DNA from: Burkholderiales bacterium
GTDB taxonomy: Bacteria; Pseudomonadota; Gammaproteobacteria; Burkholderiales; SG8-39
Length of the DNA: 64,000 nt
Assembly: GCA_036555245.1 (NCBI GenBank)
Contig: DATBLP010000073.1
Location: forward strand, 3,659 to 67,658
Direction of reading: 5' to 3'
Shown: piece by piece, positions 36,011 to 46,110 of the stretch
How the letters are laid out: each line of letters begins with the position of its first letter
How positions within the stretch are numbered: position 1 is the stretch's first letter
Notes under the pieces: model-generated
Database searches by the model: none
What the model was told of the DNA's origin: nothing
The model's input: the letters and a program-made list of their open reading frames with translations, nothing else
Translations under genes and position numbers: made by a program

Positions 36011-38013
36011 GGCTCATTCTCCGAATCGAAAACGACCAGCGCCGCGCCCTCCTCGACCTGCTCACCGGCTTGGAAGCAAACCTGCGCGACCCTGCCGGAA
36101 AACGGCGCCGCGATGGTGTGTTCCATCTTCATGGCCTCGAGCACAAGAAGCGGCGCGCCTTTTTCGACGACGGCGCCCGGGGCGGCCAGCACTGCGGCTA
36201 TCTTGCCCGGCATGGGCGCAACGAGTGCTCCAGCATGTCCGGGGGCGTCGAATTCCTGCGCAAGCGGGTCGTCGAGCTCGAGGGCGTGATGCTCGCCGCT
36301 GGCGAATACGTCGTAGCGGCCGTTCGAGCGGATGACCCGCCCGGCGATCTCGGCACCGTCCAGCGTCACGAGCAGACCGCCGCGTTCCGTGCCGCGCCAT
36401 GTCAGTATCCGCCGCTTCCCCAGGAGCTCGGCATCGTAGGCTGCTCCCTGCTTCCGGACTTCCACCACCGAAGCCGATTCGCCATCGCGAAATCTGAACC
36501 CCTGGCGGTCGTTGCCATTTAGGCGCCAGCTGTCGGCGAGGCTCCAGGGTGAATGCGCATCGGTCGATTCCCGCGCGCGCTTCCATGCCTCCTCCGCCAT
36601 GTGCTGCAATGCCCCGGCGGCTGCGAGCGCCAGGGCGTCTTCGCCCGGATGCGCGGGTGGCGCAAGCAGCTCGTGGCGGTGACGCTCGATCAGGCCCGTA
36701 TCGAGCTCGGCTTCGGCAAAAGCGCGGCAACGCGCTATCCGGCGCAACAAGCCGAGGTTCGTCGCGAGCCCCGCGACCTCGAACTCCCCCAGCGCGGCCC
36801 GCAGGCCCGCGAGCGCCTGCGCCCGGTCGCGGCCGCGAACGATGAGCTTGGCGATCATCGTGTCGTAGTGAGGCGTGACGGAATCCCCGGCGCGCACGCC
36901 GGTATCCACACGCACCGTGTCTGATTCGGCCGGCAGGCCAAGATGGCCGAGGCGACCGGCGGCAGGCAGGAAATCCCGGAGAGGGTCTTCGGCACAGACG
37001 CGCGCCTCGAACGCGTGTCCTTCGACCCGAACGTCGCCCTGCGCGAGCGGCAGGCGCTCGCCCGCGGCAACGCGAAGCTGCCATTCCACCAGATCGAGGC
37101 CGGTGATCATTTCGGTGACGGTGTGCTCGACCTGCAGGCGTGTGTTCATCTCCATGAAGTAAAAGCTGCCGGCCCGATCCACAATGAACTCCACGGTCCC
37201 CGCGCCGACGTAGCCGACCGCCCGCACCGCCGCGAGCGCCGCGTCGCCCATTTCGGTCCGGCGCGCACCGGTCATGCCGGGCGCCGGGGCTTCCTCGAGG
37301 ATCTTCTGGTGGCGACGCTGCATCGAGCAATCGCGCTCGAAGAGATGCACGCAGTTGCCGTGCCGGTCCGCGAATACCTGCACCTCGATGTGCCGCGGCC
37401 GCTCGAGATACTTTTCGATGAGCACGCGGTCGTCGCCGAAGACCGATCCCGCCTCGCGCCGGCAGGCCGCGAGAGCCGCTTGAAAGGCTTCGGTCTCGTC
37501 CGCCACGCGTATGCCTTTGCCGCCCCCGCCCCCCGACGCCTTGATGAGGACGGGCCAGCCGATCCGTGCTGCCTCCCGGGCAAGCAGCTCGTCCGACTGG
37601 TCCGCGCCGTGATAGCCAGGCACGACCGGCACACCGGCTTTCTCCATGATCGTCTTCGCCGAAGACTTGTCCCCCATCGAAGCGATGGCCGCCGCCGGCG
37701 GCCCGATGAACGCAAGCCCGGCTCGCTCGCAGCGCTCCGCGAAATCGGCGCTCTCGGCGAGGAACCCGTAGCCCGGATGAACGGCATGGGCGCCCGAGCG
37801 CCTTGCCGCCTCTATGATGCGGTCGCCGCGAAGATAGCTGTCCGCTGCGGCAGCCGCGCCGATGTGGAACGCCTCGTCGGCGAGCGCAACGTGCAGCGAG
37901 CGCGCATCGGCGTCGGAATAGACGGCGACCGTGCGGATGCCCATGCGTCGCGCGGTCCTCGCCACGCGGCAGGCGATCTCGCCGCGGTTGGCGATCAGGA
38001 TCTTGTCGAACAA
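36007..38013 (-). CDS. liuD: 3-methylcrotonyl-CoA carboxylase alpha (biotin carboxylase-BCCP)
   Basis: [40 protein letters not shown] biotin site; liu operon context. Confidence 0.92.
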   Translation of the reverse strand: MFDKILIANRGEIACRVARTARRMGIRTVAVYSDADARSLHVALADEAFHIGAAAAADSYLRGDRIIEAARRSGAHAVHPGYGFLAESADFAERCERAGLAFIGPPAAAIASMGDKSSAKTIMEKAGVPVVPGYHGADQSDELLAREAARIGWPVLIKASGGGGGKGIRVADETEAFQAALAACRREAGSVFGDDRVLIEKYLERPRHIEVQVFADRHGNCVHLFERDCSMQRRHQKILEEAPAPGMTGARRTEMGDAALAAVRAVGYVGAGTVEFIVDRAGSFYFMEMNTRLQVEHTVTEMITGLDLVEWQLRVAAGERLPLAQGDVRVEGHAFEARVCAEDPLRDFLPAAGRLGHLGLPAESDTVRVDTGVRAGDSVTPHYDTMIAKLIVRGRDRAQALAGLRAALGEFEVAGLATNLGLLRRIARCRAFAEAELDTGLIERHRHELLAPPAHPGEDALALAAAGALQHMAEEAWKRARESTDAHSPWSLADSWRLNGNDRQGFRFRDGESASVVEVRKQGAAYDAELLGKRRILTWRGTERGGLLVTLDGAEIAGRVIRSNGRYDVFASGEHHALELDDPLAQEFDAPGHAGALVAPMPGKIAAVLAAPGAVVEKGAPLLVLEAMKMEHTIAAPFSGRVAQVCFQAGEQVEEGAALVVFDSENEP

Positions 38014-38021
38014 GACGCTCC

Positions 38022-38840
38022 CTACTTCTTCTTTGTGCGGGCGGCCTGCTTGGCTTCCTTCACCCAGGCAGGGGAGCGTTTTTCGAGAAAAGAACGCACG
38101 CCCTCCCGGCCTTCTTCGGAAGCGCGGGCCGATGCGATGCGAGTTGCCATGTCTTCCATCAGCTCGGTCGTGAGCGGGCGCCGTGCGACCGACCGGACCA
38201 GCTCCTTGGTCGCCGCCTGTGCCCCCGGCGCGCCCTGGACCAGCTCTCCCAGGATTGCGTTCGCCATCGCGTCGAGCTCATGGGGCTGCGCCAATTCCTG
38301 AACGAAGCCGATGCGATAGGCTTCGGCCGCGTTGAAGCGTTCCGCGGTGAGGAAATACCGGCCCGCGGCACGCTCGCCCATCGCGGCGAGCACGTAGGGG
38401 CTGATGGTCGCGGGGGTCAGACCCAGCCTCACCTCGGACACGCAGAAGTCGGTCTCCGTGGACGCCACGGCGATGTCGCAGGCGGCTATGAGCCCCATGC
38501 CCCCGGCGAAGGCGGCGCCGTGCACTCGCGCGAGCGTCGGCTTCTGGAGCGTGTAGAGGCGGTTGAGCATGGCGCCGAAGGTCATCGCGTCTTTGCGGTT
38601 GGCATCGAGATCCATCTCGCCCGTTCTCTTCATCCAGTTCAGGTCGGCGCCGGCGCAGAATACCTTGCCGCGGCCCGCGAGCACCACGGCGCGCACCGCC
38701 GGATCCGCGTCGAGCTCGCCAAAGGCGGCGTGCAGCTCCCCTATCATGGTCTCGTTGAAGGCGTTGCGAACCTCCGGCCGGTTAAGCCAGAGGACGGCCG
38801 TGCCGTGCGCTATGTGGATTTCGATGGTCTGGTAAGGCAT
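38022..38840 (-). CDS. liuC: Methylglutaconyl-CoA hydratase (crotonase family)
   Basis: LNRPEVRNAF, FCAGADL, SEVRLGL; lies between the MCC subunits. Confidence 0.88.
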   Translation of the reverse strand: MPYQTIEIHIAHGTAVLWLNRPEVRNAFNETMIGELHAAFGELDADPAVRAVVLAGRGKVFCAGADLNWMKRTGEMDLDANRKDAMTFGAMLNRLYTLQKPTLARVHGAAFAGGMGLIAACDIAVASTETDFCVSEVRLGLTPATISPYVLAAMGERAAGRYFLTAERFNAAEAYRIGFVQELAQPHELDAMANAILGELVQGAPGAQAATKELVRSVARRPLTTELMEDMATRIASARASEEGREGVRSFLEKRSPAWVKEAKQAARTKKK

Positions 38841-38875
38841 GCGTCTCCTGTCGTTTGCACAGTGCAATGGCCGCG

Positions 38876-40483
38876 CTACATCCGGAAAACGCCGAACTTG
38901 GTCTCTTCAATCGGCGCGTTGAGCGAGGCGCTGATCGCCAGGCCGAGGACGCGTCGCGTGTCCTCGGGGGCGATCACCCCGTCGTCCCACAGCCGTGCCG
39001 TAGCGTAGTAGGGATGGCCCTGTCGCTCGTATTGATCGAGGATCGGACGCTTGAACTGCTCCTCTTCCTCCTTGGTCCAGACGCCGCCCTTTGCCTCGAT
39101 GCCGTCGCGTCTGATGGTGGCGAGGACCGACGCCGCCTGCTGGCCTCCCATCACGCTGATGCGTGCGTTGGGCCAGGTCCACAGGAAGCGCGGCGCGAAT
39201 GCACGCCCGCACATGCCGTAGTTGCCGGCGCCGAAGGAGCCGCCGATGATGACCGTGAACTTGGGCACGCGCGCGCAGGATACCGCGGTCACGAGTTTGG
39301 CTCCGTCCTTGGCGATTCCACCCGCCTCGTACTTCTTTCCGACCATGAACCCGGTGATATTCTGCACGAACAGCAAGGGTATCCCTCGCTGGGCGCATAG
39401 CTCGATAAAGTGCGCGCCCTTCAGCGCCGACTCCGAGAACAGAATCCCGTTGTTCGCAACAATGCCGACCGGGTAGCCCCAGATGTGCGCGAACCCCGTG
39501 ACGAGCGTGGTGCCGTAGTCCTGCTTGAATTCGTCCAGCTCGCTAGCGTCGACGATGCGCGCGATCAACTCGCGCACCTCGTAGGGCTTGCGCACGTCGG
39601 CCGGGATGACGCCGAGCAGCTCTGCGGCGGGGTAAAGCGGCTCTGCGGGCTCGCGCAGCGCGAGGGTCGTGTTCTTCACGCGGTTGAGGTTGGCGACGAT
39701 CCTGCGCGCGATCGAAATGGCGTGAGCTTCGTCTTGCGCGAGGTGATCAGCCGCGCCCGACTGGCGGGTGTGTACCTCGGCTCCCCCCAGTTCCTCGGCG
39801 GAAACCACCTCTCCGGTCGCCGCCTTCACCAGGGGCGGGCCGCCGAGAAATATCGTCCCCTGCCCGCGGACGATGACCGTTTCGTCGGACATCGCCGGCA
39901 CGTAGGCCCCGCCGGCGGTGCAGGAGCCCATCACGAGAGCGATCTGCGGTATTCGCTCTGCCGACATGATCGCCTGATTGTAGAAGATGCGTCCGAAGTG
40001 GTCGCGGTCGGGAAAGACATTGTCCTGCTCCGGGAGGAATGCGCCGCCGGAGTCGACGAGGTAAATGCATGACAGGCGGTTCTGCAGCGCGATTTCCTGC
40101 GCGCGCAAGTGCTTCTTCACCGTCATGGGGTAGTAGGTCCCGCCCTTGACGGTGGCGTCGTTGGCGACGACGACGCATTCCTGACCGCACACGCGGCCAA
40201 GGCCGGTGATGATTCCAGCGCCCGGCGCCTCGTCCCCGTGCATGCCGAGCGCCGCGAGCGGCGACAGCTCGAGAAACGGCGACCCCGGGTCAAGCAGCAG
40301 CTTTACCCGCTCGCGCGGCAGGAGCTTGCCGCGGTCGGCGTGCTTCGCGCGGGCGGACTCTCCCCCGCCCTGCGCGGCACGCTCGATCTTCTCGCGGAGG
40401 TCGGCGACGAGCGCCTCGTTCGCGCGGGCGTTCGCCTGAAATCCCTCGGAGCGCGGGTTGAGTCTGCTCTTGATGGCGGGCAT
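38876..40483 (-). CDS. liuB: 3-methylcrotonyl-CoA carboxylase beta (carboxyltransferase)
   Basis: [29 protein letters not shown]; ends FGVFRM. Confidence 0.93.
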   Translation of the reverse strand: MPAIKSRLNPRSEGFQANARANEALVADLREKIERAAQGGGESARAKHADRGKLLPRERVKLLLDPGSPFLELSPLAALGMHGDEAPGAGIITGLGRVCGQECVVVANDATVKGGTYYPMTVKKHLRAQEIALQNRLSCIYLVDSGGAFLPEQDNVFPDRDHFGRIFYNQAIMSAERIPQIALVMGSCTAGGAYVPAMSDETVIVRGQGTIFLGGPPLVKAATGEVVSAEELGGAEVHTRQSGAADHLAQDEAHAISIARRIVANLNRVKNTTLALREPAEPLYPAAELLGVIPADVRKPYEVRELIARIVDASELDEFKQDYGTTLVTGFAHIWGYPVGIVANNGILFSESALKGAHFIELCAQRGIPLLFVQNITGFMVGKKYEAGGIAKDGAKLVTAVSCARVPKFTVIIGGSFGAGNYGMCGRAFAPRFLWTWPNARISVMGGQQAASVLATIRRDGIEAKGGVWTKEEEEQFKRPILDQYERQGHPYYATARLWDDGVIAPEDTRRVLGLAISASLNAPIEETKFGVFRM

Positions 40484-40484
40484 G

Positions 40485-41087
40485 TCACCAGCCGCCAGTC
40501 GCAAGCCACTTGTCGATCTGGTCCAGGCGGTCCGAGCCCCAGAAGGGTTCGCCGTCCACGATGATGTAGGGCGAGCCGAACGCACCGCGGCCGATCGCCT
40601 TGTCCACCTCGGCTCGCGTGCGGTCCTTCATCGCTTGATCCCCGATTCCCGAGCGAACCTCCTCCGCCTTCAGGCCCGACTTCGCGCACACGGCAACCGT
40701 GGCATCGACGCCGGAGATATCGATGTCGTCGACGAAATAGGCACGGTAAAGCGCCTTTGCCAGGGCCTTCGCGCTCTTCGGATCCTTGGCATCGAGCCAG
40801 TAGAAGGCGCGGCACGGCGATACCGATGCGATCGGAAATACCGAGGGAGGGCGAAACGGTACGCCGTAATATTTCGCCGTTCGAATCATGTCGCGCAGGT
40901 GATAAGCGCCCTTCATCGGAATGGAGGGCAGGGGCGTGCCTCCCGTCGTTTTGAACGCCACTCCGAGAAGAAACGGGCGCCAGAGCGCCTCGCGGCCGTG
41001 TTTTGCCGCGAGCGCGTCGATCTTTTCCGACGCGATGTAACCGTAGGGTGAGGAGAAGTCGAAGTAGAACTCGACGGGGCTGGCCAT
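40485..41087 (-). CDS. 2-hydroxychromene-2-carboxylate isomerase / kappa-GST (DsbA-like) family
   Basis: [24 protein letters not shown]. Confidence 0.88.
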   Translation of the reverse strand: MASPVEFYFDFSSPYGYIASEKIDALAAKHGREALWRPFLLGVAFKTTGGTPLPSIPMKGAYHLRDMIRTAKYYGVPFRPPSVFPIASVSPCRAFYWLDAKDPKSAKALAKALYRAYFVDDIDISGVDATVAVCAKSGLKAEEVRSGIGDQAMKDRTRAEVDKAIGRGAFGSPYIIVDGEPFWGSDRLDQIDKWLATGGW

Positions 41088-41105
41088 CGCTCGTCAGACT
41101 GCGCT

Positions 41106-42290
41106 TCAGATCAACTCGATCGCCATTGCGGTAGCTTCGCCGCCGCCGATGCACAGGCTCGCCACGCCGCGCCTGCCGCCTGTCTTCCTGAGCGCACCGA
41201 TCAACGTCACCAGGATGCGTGCCCCGGACGCGCCGATGGGATGCCCCAGGGCGCAAGCGCCACCGTGGACGTTCACCTTGTCGTGCGGCAGGCCGTGCTC
41301 CTTCATCGCCGCCATGGTGACGACGGCGAAGGCCTCGTTGATCTCGTAGAGGTCGACACTGCCCGATTTCCAGCCGGTCGCCTCGAGCAGCTTCCTGATC
41401 GCGCCCACCGGCGCCGTGGTGAACCAGCCCGGTTCCTGCGAATGGGTACTGTGGCCAACGACTGCCGCCAGCGGCTTCAAACCCAGCTTCTCGGCGGTCG
41501 AGCGGCGCATCATGACCAGCGCCGCAGCACCGTCCGATATCGAGCTCGAATTGGCGGCGGTCACGGTGCCGTCCGTGCGGAATGCAGGCTTCAGCGTCGG
41601 TATCTTCTCGAAATTGGCCTTGAACGGCTGCTCGTCGTGTTCCATGAAGCGCTCGGCCTTGCCTGTCTTGATGGCGAGCGGCGTGGTTTCCCAGGCGAAG
41701 GAGCCGTCCTTGTTCGCGGCCTGTGCGCGCTCGAGAGAAGCGATGGCGAAGCGGTCCTGCTCTTCGCGGGTGAAACCGTACTTCGCAGCGCAGTCCTCGG
41801 CGAACGTTCCCATGAGTCTGCCCCTGTCATAGGCGTCCTCCAGTCCATCGAGGAACATGTGATCGATCACCTGTTGATGTCCCATGCGGTAGCCCGAGCG
41901 CGCCTTCGGCAGAAGGTAGGGCGCGTTGGTCATGGACTCCATGCCGCCGGCGACCATGATCTCGTTCGCGCCCGAGGCGAGCATGTCGTGAGCGAACATC
42001 GCCGATTTCATCCCCGAACCGCACATCTTGTTGACCGTCGTGCATCCGGTCGCAAGGGGCAGGCCGGCCGCAATGCTCGCCTGGCGCGCGGGCGCCTGGC
42101 CCTGTCCGGCTGGCAACACGCAGCCCATGATGACCTCCTGGACCCGCTCGGGCTTGATGGCGGCGCGCTCGACTGCGGCGCGGATTGCGGCGGCGCCCAG
42201 TTGCGGCGCGCTGAAATCCTTCAATTCGCCTTGGAACGCGCCCATGGGCGTGCGCGCGGCAGAAGCAATGACAACGGGATCGTTCGGCAT
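41106..42290 (-). CDS. Acetyl-CoA C-acyltransferase (thiolase)
   Basis: NKMCGSG, NEAF, GHPIGASG, CIGGG. Confidence 0.94.
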   Translation of the reverse strand: MPNDPVVIASAARTPMGAFQGELKDFSAPQLGAAAIRAAVERAAIKPERVQEVIMGCVLPAGQGQAPARQASIAAGLPLATGCTTVNKMCGSGMKSAMFAHDMLASGANEIMVAGGMESMTNAPYLLPKARSGYRMGHQQVIDHMFLDGLEDAYDRGRLMGTFAEDCAAKYGFTREEQDRFAIASLERAQAANKDGSFAWETTPLAIKTGKAERFMEHDEQPFKANFEKIPTLKPAFRTDGTVTAANSSSISDGAAALVMMRRSTAEKLGLKPLAAVVGHSTHSQEPGWFTTAPVGAIRKLLEATGWKSGSVDLYEINEAFAVVTMAAMKEHGLPHDKVNVHGGACALGHPIGASGARILVTLIGALRKTGGRRGVASLCIGGGEATAMAIELI

Positions 42291-42404
42291 AGTGGACTCC
42301 TGGCTAGTGTTGCAGGGGGCACCCTTCAGTCAGCACGGTTCGGCCGACGCTCCCGGGAGCGTATCCGCCGACCTGCATGACGCGGGTGTTGCGCGGGGCG
42401 GCGA

Positions 42405-43229
42405 TCAGCGCGAGGACTCTGCGATACCGCATTGACTCAGATATTGCTGGAATAAAGTCAAAGCTTCGGCTTTGGAGCCGATGTGTTCGTGCACGTACAG
42501 TTCTTGAGTGCCCGGCACGCCGGAAGCGAGATGGCGACCGAACTTCTCCTGGAACACGTTCATGTAATGCCGCCAAGAGTCGGCCCCGGGCCCAAGCGAC
42601 TGATGATAGATCAAGATGTCGTTGCAGACGCCGACCCGCAATCCCGCCAAGTGGGCCCGATACGAGAAGTCGATATCGTAGAAGTGAAATCCGTCGAACA
42701 TTTCTTCATCAAAGCGCAGAGATTCGGCCGCCCGCCGCCTGGCGGCGAGGAACAGACCGTCGAGGGCCTGGATATTTCCTCGAGCCGGTTGTTCCGCCGG
42801 ACCGTATACGCTCAGGGTGAATCCTTCCCCCGTCGGTGCGGGCTGCACGACTTGGCCGTGAATCCCGGGTTGGCCGGCGCTGGTCCATACGCCGTTCAGC
42901 AGCGTGGAGGTCCCCGCCACGCCGACGAGATCGAACGACTCGAGATGCGCGAGAAGACGGGCGCAGAAATCGAGCGTGAGTATTTCAATATCGTCGTGAC
43001 TGAAAATCAGGAATTCGCCGGTGCTGCGCTCCATGCCGCGGTTGTAGCCGTCGGCCAGCGAAGGCGCATTCCTGACGCGAATCAGCTCATAGGGCCAATC
43101 GCCCATTCGCTTCCTGTAATTCTCCGCGACCTTGTCGAAGCGCCGATCGTCGATGCTGCAGATGATGATGGACACCTCCTGCCTCGGCGTCTTGCTCACG
43201 ATTGTCTTCAACAGTTGGCCGAGAAGCAT
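42405..43229 (-). CDS. GT-A fold glycosyltransferase-like protein (Glyco_tranf_2_5-like)
   Basis: SIIICS, GYNRG, FSHDD, LVGVAG, LDGLFLA, FHFYDIDFS; start uncertain. Confidence 0.75.
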   Translation of the reverse strand: MLLGQLLKTIVSKTPRQEVSIIICSIDDRRFDKVAENYRKRMGDWPYELIRVRNAPSLADGYNRGMERSTGEFLIFSHDDIEILTLDFCARLLAHLESFDLVGVAGTSTLLNGVWTSAGQPGIHGQVVQPAPTGEGFTLSVYGPAEQPARGNIQALDGLFLAARRRAAESLRFDEEMFDGFHFYDIDFSYRAHLAGLRVGVCNDILIYHQSLGPGADSWRHYMNVFQEKFGRHLASGVPGTQELYVHEHIGSKAEALTLFQQYLSQCGIAESSR

Positions 43230-43264
43230 GTGAGAACTGGAATCGCAATGAGCAAACGACGCAG

Positions 43265-44470
43265 TCAGGTCGTCTCGGCGAACAATTCCCGACCGATCAG
43301 CCAGCGACGGATCTCGGAGGTCCCCGCGCCGATCTCGTAGAGCTTGGCGTCGCGCCAGAGGCGCCCAGTGGGCGTCTCGTTGATGTAGCCCATGCCGCCG
43401 AGGCACTGGATGGCCTCGCCCGCCATCCAGGTTGCCTTTTCCGACGAGTAAAGGATGGCGCCGGCCGCATCCTTGCGCGTCGTCTCCCCCCGGTCGCAGG
43501 CCTGGCCGACCGCGTAAACGTATGCGCGGCAGGCCGCCAAGGTCGTATACATGTCGGCGAGCTTTCCCTGCATCAGCTGGAATTCCCCGATGGGCTGCCC
43601 GAACTGCTTGCGTTCGTGCACGTAGGGAATCACCACGTCCATGCAGGCCTGCATGATGCCCAGAGGGCCCCCGGCGAGCACGGCCCGCTCGTAATCCAGC
43701 CCGGACATCAGAACGTTGACGCCTCTGCTGACTTCCGAGAGGACGTTCTCCTCGGGCACCTCGCAGTCGCGGAACACGAGCTCGCAGGTGTTCGAGCCGC
43801 GCATTCCCAGCTTGTCGAGCTTTTGCGCGGTGGAAAATCCCTTGAAGCCTTTCTCCACGATGAAGGCAGTGATGCCGCGGGGGCCCGATTCAGCGTCGGT
43901 TTTCGCGTAGACCACGAGTACGTCGGCGTCGGGGCCGTTGGTGATCCACATCTTGCTGCCGTTGAGGACGAACTTCCCATTGCGGTATTCGGCCCGGGTC
44001 TTCATAGAGACCACGTCCGAACCGGACCCGGGCTCCGACATGGCCAGAGCGCCGACCGACTCGCCGGCTATCAGCTTCGGCAGGTATTTTCTCCTCTGCG
44101 CCTCGCTGCCGTTGCGGCGTATCTGGTTCACGCACAAGTTCGAGTGGGCTCCATAGGAAAGGCCGACCGATGCGGATGCGCGACTGATCTCCTCCATGGC
44201 GACGATGTGCGCCGCGTAACCCATCGCGGTGCCGCCGTAGTCGTCTTCCACCGTAATGCCGAGAAGACCCAGCGCACCCATCTTCTTCCACAGGTCCGCG
44301 GGAAACTGGTTGGAGCGGTCGACTTCGGCGGCGCGGGGCGCGATCTCGGCGGCCGCGAACGCGCGTACCGTGTCCCGCAGCATGTCGATGTGCTCACCGA
44401 GCTTGAATCGCAGGCCGGGCGACTCGATCGGCGCGGCCGCGCCGGCGGGGAGGTTCTGTGCTCGGTCCAA
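43265..44470 (-). CDS. liuA: Isovaleryl-CoA dehydrogenase
   Basis: [39 protein letters not shown]. Confidence 0.95.
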   Translation of the reverse strand: MDRAQNLPAGAAAPIESPGLRFKLGEHIDMLRDTVRAFAAAEIAPRAAEVDRSNQFPADLWKKMGALGLLGITVEDDYGGTAMGYAAHIVAMEEISRASASVGLSYGAHSNLCVNQIRRNGSEAQRRKYLPKLIAGESVGALAMSEPGSGSDVVSMKTRAEYRNGKFVLNGSKMWITNGPDADVLVVYAKTDAESGPRGITAFIVEKGFKGFSTAQKLDKLGMRGSNTCELVFRDCEVPEENVLSEVSRGVNVLMSGLDYERAVLAGGPLGIMQACMDVVIPYVHERKQFGQPIGEFQLMQGKLADMYTTLAACRAYVYAVGQACDRGETTRKDAAGAILYSSEKATWMAGEAIQCLGGMGYINETPTGRLWRDAKLYEIGAGTSEIRRWLIGRELFAETT

Positions 44471-44487
44471 GGGAGGCCTCCGCTGTG

Positions 44488-44516
44488 ACTCTACTTGACG
44501 TTTACGTTAACGTCAA
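44488..44516 (-). promoter_or_regulatory. LiuR operator overlapping the sigma70 promoter of the liu operon
   Basis: Minus strand reads TTGACGTTAACGTAAACGTCAAGTAGAGT: ACGT-spaced palindrome and TTGACG-N17-TAGAGT. Confidence 0.85.
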
Positions 44517-44533
44517 CATGGGCAGCAGCGGCC

Positions 44534-44941
44534 TCAGGCCGCCGCACGCCGCTTCCCGCCCTTCGCGTTGAGAAGCCTGCGCGACTGGCGCTCGAAGGCG
44601 CGAATCTCCCCGAGCACCTCCTCGATTTCCTCGCGCTGCTGCTCCAACTGCTCGCGCCGCGCGGCGAGCGCCGCGACGAATTTCTCCAGCTGCGGCCGCT
44701 CGTCGGGTGCGGAATCGTAAAGCTCGAGCATGCTGCGCACTTCCGCGAGCGAAAAACCGAGCCTCTTGCCCCGCAAGATCAGCTTCAGGCGCACATGGTC
44801 GCGCTTGGAGTAGATGCGCCGGCTGCCGAGGCGACGCGGAGCAAGCAGCCCCTCGTCTTCGTAGAAGCGAATCGCCCGGGACGTGACGTCGAATTCGCGC
44901 GCCAGATCGCCGATCGTGTAGACGTCGGCGGGGTCGCTCAC
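44534..44941 (-). CDS. liuR: MerR-family regulator LiuR
   Basis: YTIGDLAREFDVTSRAIRFYEDEGLL, RLKLILRGKRLGFSL; directly upstream of ivd; start GTG 44941 or ATG 44971. Confidence 0.88.
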   Translation of the reverse strand: MSDPADVYTIGDLAREFDVTSRAIRFYEDEGLLAPRRLGSRRIYSKRDHVRLKLILRGKRLGFSLAEVRSMLELYDSAPDERPQLEKFVAALAARREQLEQQREEIEEVLGEIRAFERQSRRLLNAKGGKRRAAA

Positions 44942-45075
44942 GGTTCGTACGGAGCCGAAATCAGGGAACATGCAGAGGAATGGGTGGCGAGCGTCGCCAT
45001 AATCTGAGAGAATTCGCGACCTTGCACACGGAGAAGCGCAATCTTACTCCGGACCCAGCCCGCTTCCAAGAACCG

Positions 45076-46107
45076 GTGACCCCCGAATCCATCCTCGAGT
45101 ACCCAAGGCCCGCCCCTCCTTCCGGCGGCGAGACCTTCGAGATCGCGCCTGGCGTGCATTGGCTGCGCATGCCCTTGCCCTTCGCGCTCGACCATATCAA
45201 TCTCTGGTTGCTCGAAGATGGCGAGGGCTGGACCCTCGTGGACTGCGGAATAGGCGACGACATCACGCGTTCCCTGTGGGGACGGATATTCGGCGGAAGG
45301 ATTGCAGGGCGCCCGGTCACGCGACTCATCGTCACTCATCACCACCCGGATCACGCGGGCCTTGCGGAATGGCTGATGGAGCGCACCGGCGCCGAGTTCT
45401 GGATGGCGCAGGCGGAGTACCTGGCCGCGCACGCGATGCGGGACGGCGGCGCCGGGTATGGCTTCGACAATGTCATCGCCATGTTCACCCGCAACGGCAT
45501 CTCGGGCGAGAGACTTGCTCTGCTCCAACAGCGCCGGAGCAACTACCGCAATCGCGTGCCCGGTTTCCCGTCCTCCTACCGGCGGTTGATGGAGGGCCAG
45601 ACGCACCGCATCGGCAATCGCCACTGGCGCGTCATCATGGGATACGGCCACGCACCCGAACACGCCGCGCTCTATTGCGAGGAATCGGGCGTGCTCATAT
45701 CCGGCGACATGGTGCTCCCCAAGATTTCCACCAACGTAAGCGTTTGGGCCAATGAACCCGAGGGCAATCCTCTGGCCCTTTTCCTCAATTCGATTGAACG
45801 CTATGCGGAGCTGCCGGCGAAGACGCTGATATTGCCCTCGCATGGGTTGCCGTTCAGGGGGCTGCGGGAGCGCGTGGCCCAGTTGCAGGAGCACCATCGT
45901 TTGCGCCTCGCTGAACTGGAGGAGGATTGCCAGGCGCCCAAGGCCGCAGCAGACGTGCTCGGCACGCTGTTCCGCCGCAACCTCGATACGCATCAGTTGT
46001 TTTTCGCGATGGGCGAGGCGATGGCGCACCTGCATTTTCTCTACTACGAGGGCCGCCTGGCGCGCTCGGTCGCTGCGGACGGCGTTGTCCGCTACAAGCG
46101 GAACTGA
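45076..46107 (+). CDS. MBL-fold metallo-hydrolase
   Basis: RMPLPFALDHIN, THHHPDH, GHAPEH, SGD, PSHG. Confidence 0.88.
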   Translation: MTPESILEYPRPAPPSGGETFEIAPGVHWLRMPLPFALDHINLWLLEDGEGWTLVDCGIGDDITRSLWGRIFGGRIAGRPVTRLIVTHHHPDHAGLAEWLMERTGAEFWMAQAEYLAAHAMRDGGAGYGFDNVIAMFTRNGISGERLALLQQRRSNYRNRVPGFPSSYRRLMEGQTHRIGNRHWRVIMGYGHAPEHAALYCEESGVLISGDMVLPKISTNVSVWANEPEGNPLALFLNSIERYAELPAKTLILPSHGLPFRGLRERVAQLQEHHRLRLAELEEDCQAPKAAADVLGTLFRRNLDTHQLFFAMGEAMAHLHFLYYEGRLARSVAADGVVRYKRN

Positions 46108-46110
46108 GGC

